From the NCBI GenBank assembly GCA_963796055.1, contig CAWCKH010000004.1:128001-192000 (forward strand): 64,000 bases of DNA. Reading direction: 5' to 3'. The translations under genes and the position numbers were made by a program. The notes under the pieces are model-generated. The model searched no databases, was not told the DNA's origin, and was given only the letters and a program-made list of their open reading frames with translations. The stretch comes from an uncultured delta proteobacterium. Lineage in GTDB: Bacteria; Myxococcota; Myxococcia; Myxococcales; Myxococcaceae. This document shows, in pieces, positions 53,169-62,054 of this stretch (its first letter is position 1; the number at the start of each line of letters is the position of its first letter).

Positions 53169-54362
53169 CTAGGTGAGCTTGACCGTCCGGGTGATCTGCT
53201 CGTTCGCTTCCCAGTAGGTGTGTCGCTTGGCGACGCGCGGGTCGTCCTTGGCTGGCTGGACCGTGCCCGTCTTGTCGACCGCCCGCGAGGTGATCGTGTG
53301 CTCGCCGGGAGCGGCATTCGCCCAGTCCAGGTGCCAGAACTTCCAGGCGAACTCGTGCTCGGCGCCGCGGTCGATGACCGCCGTCTTCCACGGTCCGTCG
53401 TCGACCCGGACCTCCACCCGGGCGACCGGCGCACCCCAGGCCGCGCCGTAGATCCGGTACTTCCCGTCCTGGACGGTCACCGTGGCGGCGATGGACTTGA
53501 GCAGGGAACGACCCACGGCAGTGCGCGTCCAGACCGACGTTCCGTCGGGGCGTGGCTCCTCCCGAACGGTCAGGTAGCGCTGTGCCTGGAACGGGCCCTC
53601 GAACCGCGCGTCCGTCACCTCGATGCGGGTGAGCCACTTCACGTTGGAGATGCCGAACCAGCGCGGGGCGATGAGGCGCAGCGGATGGCCGTTCGCCGCA
53701 GGCAGAGGCTGCCCGTTCATCTCGTAGCAGAGGAGGTTCGCGGGGTCGGTTGCCTCCGCCCAGGACATGCTCCGCGCGAAGGGCGCCTTGGCTTTGAACT
53801 CCCCCATCTTGTCGCCCAGCCCACCGATGTACTGGATTGGCTCCTCGCCCTGGTCGGCTCCGTAGAAGACGACCTCCACGCCATCGGGCTTCCGTCCCGC
53901 CTTCTGGAGCACGGCGGCCAGGGGCGTGCCCGTCCAGCGCGCGTTGCCGATGGCCCCCTGAAGGAAGGGGAAGCCGCTATTCCCGGAACACTCGAGGGCG
54001 AAGACGACCTCCTTCTTCGGCAGAGCCTTGATCGCGGCGAGGGTCAAGGTCTGCGGGCGCGCCACCCGTCCGGCGATCTCGAGCTTCCACTTTGCGACAT
54101 CGAACTCCGGGACGCCGTAGTGACCGACATGGAAAAACTTGTCGTTCGGGGTGATCCAGGAATCCGGATTCATCGTTTGCCAGTCGAGCTGGTTGAGACC
54201 CGCCAGCGGGGGAGGCGGCGCCGTGGGCTGGTCCACGAAGGGGATGGTCTTCTCTCCCGGACGGCCCCAGGCGAAGAGCGGGCTCTGGAAGAAGGCGATC
54301 GCGGCCAGCGTGCCTCCCGTCCGGATGAGAGCGTCACGGCGTGAGATGGTTTCGGCGTCCAA
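53169..54362 (-). CDS. Sulfite-oxidase-family molybdoenzyme with Tat signal
   Basis: SRRDAL; LECSGN, GNARWTG, MNGQPLP..NGHPLRL, NVKWL; dimerisation domain. Confidence 0.92.
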   Translation of the reverse strand: MDAETISRRDALIRTGGTLAAIAFFQSPLFAWGRPGEKTIPFVDQPTAPPPPLAGLNQLDWQTMNPDSWITPNDKFFHVGHYGVPEFDVAKWKLEIAGRVARPQTLTLAAIKALPKKEVVFALECSGNSGFPFLQGAIGNARWTGTPLAAVLQKAGRKPDGVEVVFYGADQGEEPIQYIGGLGDKMGEFKAKAPFARSMSWAEATDPANLLCYEMNGQPLPAANGHPLRLIAPRWFGISNVKWLTRIEVTDARFEGPFQAQRYLTVREEPRPDGTSVWTRTAVGRSLLKSIAATVTVQDGKYRIYGAAWGAPVARVEVRVDDGPWKTAVIDRGAEHEFAWKFWHLDWANAAPGEHTITSRAVDKTGTVQPAKDDPRVAKRHTYWEANEQITRTVKLT

Positions 54363-54517
54363 GGTCGCGGCCCCTCCTGGTGAGTGCGGCGGATGGTAGC
54401 GGATCCGCCGGGCGGGGGTGGGCCGGTCTTCTGTTCCGCCCGGGCGGAGCCGGGTCTGTGACCTCCCGCGTCCTCGTCCGGTCGATGACGCGCCACGTCC
54501 AGCGTTAGGTTGGGCCC

Positions 54518-55123
54518 ATGCGGATCGCCATTCTGACCTTCGACGGGTTCAACGAGATCGATTCATTCGTTGCGTCCTACATGATCAATCGAGTCAAGCG
54601 TCCCGGGTGGAAGGCGGAGATCACCTGCCCCGAACCGGTGGTCGAGTCCGGTCGAGGCGTGCGGGTCAGCGCGCAGCAACCGCTCGAGTTCGCCAGCGAG
54701 GCCGACGCGGTGCTGGTCGGCAGCGGCAAGCTGACCGCGCAGCTCGCCGAGGATCGCGCCATCATGTCCCGCCTCGCGCTCGACCCGCGGCGACAGCTCC
54801 TCGGCTCCCAGTGCTCGGGCGCGTTGATGCTGGCGAAGCTCGGGGTGCTGGGAACCTTGCCGGCGTGCACCGACCGGCTGACCCGTCCGCTGGTCGAGGC
54901 GGCCGGAGTCCGGGTCCTGCAGCAGCCGTTCTTCGCCAGCGGCAACGTGGCCACCGCGGGTGGCTGCCTCTCCTCGCATTACCTCGCGGCCTGGTTCATC
55001 TGGCGGCTGGCCGGGCGCGCCGAGGCCGAGGAGGCGCTCGCCTACGTCGCCCCGGTCGGCGAGGAGTCGGACTACGTGACCCGCGCGATGCGAATCGTCG
55101 GCAGCTTCCTGGCGGAGCGGTAG
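54518..55123 (+). CDS. DJ-1/PfpI family protein
   Basis: IAILTFDGFNEIDS, SQCSGAL, TAGG. Confidence 0.9.
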   Translation: MRIAILTFDGFNEIDSFVASYMINRVKRPGWKAEITCPEPVVESGRGVRVSAQQPLEFASEADAVLVGSGKLTAQLAEDRAIMSRLALDPRRQLLGSQCSGALMLAKLGVLGTLPACTDRLTRPLVEAAGVRVLQQPFFASGNVATAGGCLSSHYLAAWFIWRLAGRAEAEEALAYVAPVGEESDYVTRAMRIVGSFLAER

Positions 55124-55132
55124 GGCCGGGGT

Positions 55133-55282
55133 TCAGCGGCGCTTGAAGTACTGCACGGCCCGCTCATGCTTCTCGGCGGCGGCCCGACTGTCGAAGGTGC
55201 CCAGGTTCTTCCGCTTGCCTGTCCGGGGCTCCTTCTTCTTCGAGTAGAGACGGTACTTCCCCGACGACAGGCGACGGATCAT
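55133..55282 (-). CDS. Small basic hypothetical protein (49 aa)
   Basis: MIRRLSSGKYRLYSKKK...NLGTFDSRAAAEKHERAVQYFKRR; GGAG ribosome-binding site upstream. Confidence 0.8.
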   Translation of the reverse strand: MIRRLSSGKYRLYSKKKEPRTGKRKNLGTFDSRAAAEKHERAVQYFKRR

Positions 55283-55392
55283 GTCGGATTCTCCAGGCGG
55301 AGGATGGAGACGCGGTTGCTCGGCGCAAGGGCCGATGATTCGTGTTCTCGCCGGGTGTCTCATCGGGGAAACCCATTCGAGAGGCCGATCCC

Positions 55393-55884
55393 ATGGCAAG
55401 CAAGCGAGGACAGAAGCTCTTTCCGCATCTCTGGTTCACGAAGGAGGCCGAGGAGGCGGCGCGGTTCTACGCCTCCATCTTTCCCGACTCCCGCGTGGAG
55501 CGGGTGATCCCCGTCCCGGCGGACACCCCGAGCGGCCCCGCGGGCTCGGTCACCATCGTCAACTTCACCCTCTTCGGGCAGCGATTGCAGGCCATCACCG
55601 CCGGCCCGCTCGACCCGTTCAACCACGCCATCTCCCTGGTGGTGGCGTGCGACGACCAGGCGGAGGTCGATCGGTACTGGGCGGCGCTGCTCCAGGGAGG
55701 CAAGGAGGAGCAGTGTGGCTGGCTCAAGGACCGCTACGGGGTGAGCTGGCAGATCGTCCCGGCGATCCTGGACGAGATGATCGCCGACACCGATCGGGCC
55801 CGCGCCCGCCGGGTGACCGAGGCCATGCTGAAGATGGTGAAGCTCGACATCGCGAAGCTGAAGGCGGCCTACGACGGCCGCTGA
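55393..55884 (+). CDS. VOC family protein (PhnB / 3-dmu-9_3-mt-like)
   Basis: PHLWF, FNHAISL, CGWLKDRYGVSWQIVP. Confidence 0.92.
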   Translation: MASKRGQKLFPHLWFTKEAEEAARFYASIFPDSRVERVIPVPADTPSGPAGSVTIVNFTLFGQRLQAITAGPLDPFNHAISLVVACDDQAEVDRYWAALLQGGKEEQCGWLKDRYGVSWQIVPAILDEMIADTDRARARRVTEAMLKMVKLDIAKLKAAYDGR

Positions 55885-56051
55885 GCCGCCCGGCACATCG
55901 GCCGCGGGTCGCGCCGTGTCGCACCCTCACCTCCCTGAGGGGCGCCATCTCCGCGAGACTCATCGTGATGTGAAGGTAGCCACGACGCGCACCGCCGCGC
56001 ACCGGTGTCCACCGGATTCCGTCGCGCGTGGAAGCAGGCGATGCTCTCCTC

Positions 56052-57857
56052 GTGCGCGAGCGGGGTTCCTCGGTCCTCATCACGGCGTCGTCCGGTCTTC
56101 TGCTCGTCATTCTCACCGCGTGGGGATGCTCCGGGCGCGTCGACACGCAGTGCGCGTCGAGCACCGACTGCACCGGCGGTGCGAGCTGCATCGCGGGAGC
56201 GTGCGTCCTTCTCCCGCAGTGCTCTCGCTCGGGCGATTGCGACGCCGGCAACAGCTGCATCAACGCCAGATGCACGCCGGTGGGGAACCCCTGCTCCAGC
56301 AACCAGGCCTGCGCACCCGGCGCGAGCTGCAGCAGCCATGGCGTCTGCGCCCCGCCGAGCTGCACCAGCGCCATCGACTGCGGCCTGGAGCAGGTCTGCA
56401 TCGAGGGCGCTTGCGCTCCGGTGGGCACTCCCCTGCCGCCGGTTCCCGATGGGGGATTCCCCCCTCCACCCCCGGATGCCGGCCCGAAGTGCGTCAACCT
56501 CGAATGCGCGCAGGTCACCTGCTCCAACGGCACCACCACCACCGTCATGGGCTCGGTCTTCGATCCCAGCGGGCAGGTGCCGCTCTACAACGCCCTGGTC
56601 TACGTGCCCAACGGGGAAGTCAAGCCCTTCACCCCGGGCGTGACCTGCGACCGGTGCGGCAGCACCACCACCGGTGACCCGCTGGTGATCGCCCTCACCG
56701 ACGCCACCGGCGCCTTCACCCTGCGCAACGTCCCGGCGGGGACCAGCTTCCCCCTGGTGATGCAGATCGGGAAGTGGCGGCGGCAGGTCACCATCCCCGC
56801 AGTGCCCGCCTGCAGCGTCACCACGCTCACCGACCCGGGCTTGCAGCACCTTCCGCGCAATCACACCGAGGGCGACCTGCCCCAGTTCGCCATCGCCACC
56901 GGCTCGGCCGATCCCTTCGAGTGCCTGCTCCTCAAGATGGGCATCGACCCCGCCGAGTTCACCCGTCCCGACGCCGGTGGCCGCGTCCACATGTACGTGA
57001 CCCCGGTGGGCAATCCGCCGCCGCTGCGGCTCGATGGAGGCAGCCCCCTGGACTCGACCCTCTGGTCCACTGCCGGAACGCTGGCCAACTACGACGTGGT
57101 GCTCCTGCCCTGCGAGGGAAGCGAGTACCGCAAGCCGGCGCAGGCCATCCAGAACCTCGTGAACTACACCGCCACCGGCGGGCGTCTCTTCGTCACCCAC
57201 TACAGCTACGTCTGGACCGCCTTCGACGCCCCGTTCAACAGCGTGGCCAACTGGGTGCCGGACCCGGCGCAGAACACCAACCCGCCCGACCCGTTCTCCG
57301 GGATCGTCGACACCTCGTTCCCGAAGGGCGTCGCGTTCCAGGACTGGCTGTCCAACGTCGGGGCGCTGAGCGGCGGGACGTTGAGCATCCGCGAGGTGCG
57401 CGACGACGTGGGCCCGGTGAACCTCGACGCCGGCACCCGGTGGATCTACGGGCCGAATCCCAACAACAGCGTCACCCCGATCACCACCCAGCACCTCACC
57501 TTCAACACGCCCATCTCCCCGCCCCCGCAGCCGGACGGTGACGCCGGGGTGCAGTGCGGCCGGGTGGTGTTCAGCGACTTCCACGTGACGGCCGCCGGCC
57601 GCGACAGAAACAATAATTTCTTCCCCACTTCCTGCAAGGCGGGGGCGCTCACGCCACAGGAGAAGGCGCTGATCTTCATGCTCTTCGACGTGTCTTCGTG
57701 CGTGCAGGACGACCACCAGCCGCCCCAGGTCTGTCCGGGGCTCGGCGAGACCTGCTCCCCCACCCAGGCCTGCTGCAGCGGGCTCACCTGCCTCGGTCAG
57801 ACGCTGGCCCCGTGCGTCGCCGGCGAGCCTTGCAGCTGTTCGGTCCCGATCAACTGA
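56052..57857 (+). CDS. Cys-rich repeat lipoprotein with carboxypeptidase-regulatory-like domain
   Basis: Lipobox AWGC; four C-x5-C-x5-C-x4/5-C repeats; GSVFDPSG.VPLYNALVYVP, QIGKWRRQV, CGRVVFSDFH, MLFDVSSC. Confidence 0.8.
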   Translation: MRERGSSVLITASSGLLLVILTAWGCSGRVDTQCASSTDCTGGASCIAGACVLLPQCSRSGDCDAGNSCINARCTPVGNPCSSNQACAPGASCSSHGVCAPPSCTSAIDCGLEQVCIEGACAPVGTPLPPVPDGGFPPPPPDAGPKCVNLECAQVTCSNGTTTTVMGSVFDPSGQVPLYNALVYVPNGEVKPFTPGVTCDRCGSTTTGDPLVIALTDATGAFTLRNVPAGTSFPLVMQIGKWRRQVTIPAVPACSVTTLTDPGLQHLPRNHTEGDLPQFAIATGSADPFECLLLKMGIDPAEFTRPDAGGRVHMYVTPVGNPPPLRLDGGSPLDSTLWSTAGTLANYDVVLLPCEGSEYRKPAQAIQNLVNYTATGGRLFVTHYSYVWTAFDAPFNSVANWVPDPAQNTNPPDPFSGIVDTSFPKGVAFQDWLSNVGALSGGTLSIREVRDDVGPVNLDAGTRWIYGPNPNNSVTPITTQHLTFNTPISPPPQPDGDAGVQCGRVVFSDFHVTAAGRDRNNNFFPTSCKAGALTPQEKALIFMLFDVSSCVQDDHQPPQVCPGLGETCSPTQACCSGLTCLGQTLAPCVAGEPCSCSVPIN

Positions 57858-59170
57858 TGCGCTCCCCCTCCCGTCCACGTGCGTCCCTGGGTCCCCGGCC
57901 GCTGCTCGCTGCGGCGCTGTTCCTCGCGCTCGGCTGCCAGACCTACGACTTCGAGCCGGTGTCCCCGGTGAGCCTCGGCCAGACCACGACCTCGGTCAGC
58001 ATCAGCGCCAAGCAGCTGAAGCCCAACCTCATGCTGCTGCTCGATCGCTCCGGGTCGATGCGGCTGCCGTTCGACCCCACGCAAGCCGCCTGTGGCTCCT
58101 GCGGTCAGACCGGTCAGCCGTCGTGCGATCCGGTCGCCTGCCCGTCGCGGTGGGACGTCCTGACCACCACTGCGTCCGACTTTCTCAGCCAGCACGGGAC
58201 CGTGGCCCGCATGGGCGTGGCGTTCTACCCCTCGCTTTCCGGGGCCAACATCGTGGATCCCGGCAGCGGCAACCCGAGCAACTTCTGCGGGCCGTCCAGC
58301 AGCATCGACGTTCCGCTCCCCACCTCGGACGAGGACGCGGCGCTCCGGGACAACGCGACCGCGGTGGACTTCGCGATCAAGCGGGTGGGGGCGACCGCCT
58401 CGCCCCTGGCCGGCGGCGTGGGAGGCGGCACGCCTACCGGGGACAGCCTGGTCTACGTCGCCGATCACGCGAACTTCGGCTCCACCATCCAGCGTCAATC
58501 GTTCCTGCTGCTGATGACCGACGGTCTGCCCAACTGCAATCCAGCGTCCGGGCTCGACGCCAACGTGAACCCGGCGGCCTGCGACTGCACCGACGGGCCC
58601 ACCTCCACCGTCTGCACCTACTACCCGGTGCTCGACTGCAACGACTTCAACGAGACCGCGCGGAAGGTCTCGAACATCCGGGCCACGGGAGTGAAGACCA
58701 TCGTCATCGGGTTTGGGGACGTCTTCGGCTCCTCGGCGCAACGGTCCTTGCAGCAGATCTCGCTGGCCGGCGACTTCCAGCGCCGCTGTGCCGCCGGTGG
58801 AGGCGAGTGCGACCCGAATGACTCCTCCTGCTACCTGGAGACGAACCCCACGCTCTGCAGCGAGCAGTTCTTCCGCGCGGCGTCGAAGGAGCAGCTGTCC
58901 GCGGCGCTGGCGGCGGTGACCTCGGCGATCCTCCAGGGGAACCCGTGTCTGGTGGAGCTCGAGCCGGCGCCGGTGGATCCCACGTTCCTCACCGTGCTGG
59001 TGACCGAGAACGGCGTCACCACCGCCTACCCGTACCCCTCGGACGTGTGGACCTTCGCCGCGCTACCCGACGGGAACGCCACGCTGACCTTCAACGACCC
59101 GCTGTGCGCGACGATGAGGTCGGCCAGCGAGAACGTCAGCTACGAGATCCGCTCGGTCCACCAGCTCTGA
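57857..59170 (+). CDS. cglB: CglB-like VWA adhesin lipoprotein
   Basis: Lipobox followed by CQTYDFEPV; MIDAS DRSGS; GGTPTG; TDGLPNCN; Cys-rich. Confidence 0.82.
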   Translation: MRSPSRPRASLGPRPLLAAALFLALGCQTYDFEPVSPVSLGQTTTSVSISAKQLKPNLMLLLDRSGSMRLPFDPTQAACGSCGQTGQPSCDPVACPSRWDVLTTTASDFLSQHGTVARMGVAFYPSLSGANIVDPGSGNPSNFCGPSSSIDVPLPTSDEDAALRDNATAVDFAIKRVGATASPLAGGVGGGTPTGDSLVYVADHANFGSTIQRQSFLLLMTDGLPNCNPASGLDANVNPAACDCTDGPTSTVCTYYPVLDCNDFNETARKVSNIRATGVKTIVIGFGDVFGSSAQRSLQQISLAGDFQRRCAAGGGECDPNDSSCYLETNPTLCSEQFFRAASKEQLSAALAAVTSAILQGNPCLVELEPAPVDPTFLTVLVTENGVTTAYPYPSDVWTFAALPDGNATLTFNDPLCATMRSASENVSYEIRSVHQL

Positions 59171-59193
59171 GTCCGCTGTAGCTCCGGCCCGCG

Positions 59194-59420
59194 CGGGTGG
59201 CGATTGCCGCGGACGCGGTGGCCCGGGCGATCGCCTTCACCATCGAGCAGCCCGAGGACGTGGGCGCGAGCTGGTGCGTCTGGAGGAGAACATCCGGCGG
59301 AAGGACATCGAGCTGAGGCGCGAAGGCCTCCGTGAAATCGACGACGCTGCGTCCGCAGGGTGGCGTATCGGTTCGAGAGGTTGGCCGACGAAGAGTAGGA
59401 ACTGGACAGCCGCGCATGGA
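59194..59420 (+). pseudogene. Remnants resembling an SDR C-terminus and an aldo-keto reductase C-terminus
   Basis: VAIAADAVARAIAFTIEQPEDV, then RLEENIRRKDIEL..GLREIDDAAS in another frame; no start codons or N-terminal parts. Confidence 0.45.
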
Positions 59421-59474
59421 GCTCTTCCAGCTGGCGCTCGTCGGTGCGCCGATTGCCCTGATGCCTGGAGCGCC

Positions 59475-60449
59475 GTGACGGGCGAGAGAGCCCCTTCCGG
59501 GCTGTTGCGCCCCATCACCGGTGGGCGGCGAGCCAGGGCCGACCACGCCAGTGCGGTGACGGTGTTCGTCGCCCTGTTGGCAAACCTCGGGATCGCGCTG
59601 GCGAAGCTGGTGGCGGGGGGCATTTCCCGGTCCAGCGCGATGATGGCCGAGGCCTTCCACTCCTTCGCCGACACCGGGAACGAGGTCCTGCTCCTGATCG
59701 CCCAGAAGCGGAGCGAGCAACCGGCGGACGAGGAGCATCCGTTCGGGCACGGGCGCGCGGCGTACTTCTGGGCACTGATCGCCGCGCTCGGCGTGTTCGT
59801 CACCGGTGCGCTGCTGTCGATCCGTCAGGGTGTCCGGGCGCTGCTCTCCCCTGCGGAGATGCCCTCCTTCGCCATCGCCTATGCCGTTCTTGCGGTCTCG
59901 CTGGTCCTGGAGGGAGTCTCGTTTCTTCGCGCGTACCGACAGCTCCGGCAGGAGGCGGCGGAACTGGGTCGCCCGTTCGACGAGCACTTCGACCTCAGCT
60001 CGGACCCGATCGCCCGGGCGGTGTTCGCCGAGGACGCGGCGGCGCTGGCGGGGAACGTGATCGCCGGCGTGGGCATCGGCCTGCGGCAGCTCACTGGCTC
60101 GGAGGTACCAGATGCGGTGGCGGCCATGCTCATCGGCCTCATCCTCGGCTACGTGGCGGTGCAGCTGGCACGGCGCAACGGAGACTTTCTCATCGGTCTC
60201 CGTGCTACCCCGGGCCTCCACCAGCGAGTCCGGGGCGTCATCGCTCGCCAGCCCGGCGTCCGTGGTGTCCCCGAGCTGCTGGTGACGTTCCTCGGGCCAC
60301 GGCAGGTCTGGGTGCTCGCCGGCGTGGAGCTCGATGAGCGGCTCGATGCTCGCGGGGTCACGTCACTGGTGGAGGCGATCGAGGCGGCATTGTTCCAGGA
60401 TCACCCGTTCGTCGCGCGGGTGGACGTGGTGCCCCGCGCACGGCGATGA
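59475..60449 (+). CDS. Cation diffusion facilitator family transporter; start uncertain
   Basis: AEAFHSFADTGNE, HPFGHG, FAEDAAAL; TM helices. Confidence 0.9.
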   Translation: MTGERAPSGLLRPITGGRRARADHASAVTVFVALLANLGIALAKLVAGGISRSSAMMAEAFHSFADTGNEVLLLIAQKRSEQPADEEHPFGHGRAAYFWALIAALGVFVTGALLSIRQGVRALLSPAEMPSFAIAYAVLAVSLVLEGVSFLRAYRQLRQEAAELGRPFDEHFDLSSDPIARAVFAEDAAALAGNVIAGVGIGLRQLTGSEVPDAVAAMLIGLILGYVAVQLARRNGDFLIGLRATPGLHQRVRGVIARQPGVRGVPELLVTFLGPRQVWVLAGVELDERLDARGVTSLVEAIEAALFQDHPFVARVDVVPRARR

Positions 60450-60463
60450 CCGCTGGAGGCGCC

Positions 60464-62054
60464 TCAGGCCGTCGCGGCCGGCGCTCGGTTCAGGATCTCC
60501 GGCAGGCGACGGGCGTCGACCGGCTTGACCAGATGGAGGTCGAATCCTGCGCGTCGCGCGTTGGCTTCTGCCTCCGGTCCGCCGTACCCGGTCAACGCCA
60601 CCAGGAAGAGCGACCGGCCCTCGGGCCGGGCACGCACCGCTCTGGCCACCTCGTAGCCGTCCATCCCGGGGAGCCCGACGTCCACCAGCGCCACGTCCGG
60701 GCGGAGCGCGAGCAGCTTCTCCGCACCCTCGGGACCCGTCGCCGCGAGCTCCACCGAGTGACCGAGCGTCCTCAGGAAATCGGCGAGCGTCTCCCGCACA
60801 TCCGGGGAGTCCTCCACCACCAGGATGCGCCGCGGTGGCCACCCTTCAGCGCTGCTCCTGGCCCCGGGCGTCGCGGAGCTCGACTGCTCGTTCCGGAGCG
60901 GCAGACGCACCTCGAAGATGCTGCCCCGTCCCGGGCCTTCGCTGGAGGCAGTGACGATCCCCTCCGTGCATCTGGACCAGCCGGCGCACGAGGGTCAGTC
61001 CCAGCCCCAGCCCACCCTTGGTCCGATCCAGGCCCGCATCGACCTGGACGAACGGCTCGAAGACCTGTTCGGTCATGCGCGCCGGAATCCCTCGCCCGGT
61101 GTCGCGAACCTTCACCACCGCCTCCGCGGCCGACCTGGTGAGCGAGATCTCGACCGATCCGCCCGGCTCGGTGAACTTGGCCGCATTGGAGAGGAGATTG
61201 GTCAGGACCTGCTCCATGCGGGTCGCGTCGGCGTGGAGCGGCACCGCCTCCTCGGGGCGGGTCACGACCAGCGCGATGGCCCGGGCGTCGAGGAGCGGCT
61301 GGACGGCCGCGACCGCGCCATCCAGCACCGGACCGAGATCGAGCTCGCTCCTCCGCAGCTCGAACGTCCCGCGGGTGATCCGGGTGACGTCGAGCAGGTC
61401 GTCGACCAGACGGACCAGGTGGCCGAGCTGTCGCCGGACGGTGGACTGATGGTGCGCGATGCGCGTTTCATCCGCACCGGGGCGCTGGAGCAGCTCCAGC
61501 GCCATCGAGATCGCCGCCAGCGGGTTCCGCAGCTCGTGCGCCAGCATCGCCAGGAATTCGTCCTTGCGCTGGTCGGCGACCTTGAGCTGCGCCTCCCGGA
61601 GCTCCAGTGCCTCCATCGTCGCGCGCGCTGCGTACTGGCGGCGGCGGGCGCGGAGGGCGGCCCTCACCGCGGTGACCAGCGTCGCCACCCGGACCGGGCG
61701 TTCGACGACCGTCACGTTTCCCAGCAGGGTCGACAGCCTGTCCAGGCGCGCGGACGAGGCCTGCCGCTCCATCGGCGCGGCGAAGACCACCAGCGGGAGG
61801 TCGGACCAGGGCGGCTGGCGCTGCAGACACTCGGCGAGGATCTCCACCGCGCTCGGGGAGAAGGCTTCCTCGGCAATCAGGACGGCGCCGGCGCCCTCGT
61901 CGATGGCTGTGACGAGCGCGAAGGGATGAGGCACCACCTGGGGGGCGAGCCCGGCGCGGAGGAGCGTCTGTGCAGCGAGGGCGCCGTCACGGCCGGTCGG
62001 AGCGAGCACCAGGATGCGCTCTTCGAAGGCACTCCGGCCGAGAAGACCGGTCAC
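60464..62054 (-). CDS. Hybrid sensor histidine kinase / receiver, frameshift near 60960
   Basis: LAHELRNPL, NLLSNAAKFT, DTGRGI, GLGLGL. Removing one G joins the receiver domain ILVVED..DVGLPGMDGY..KP. Confidence 0.9.
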
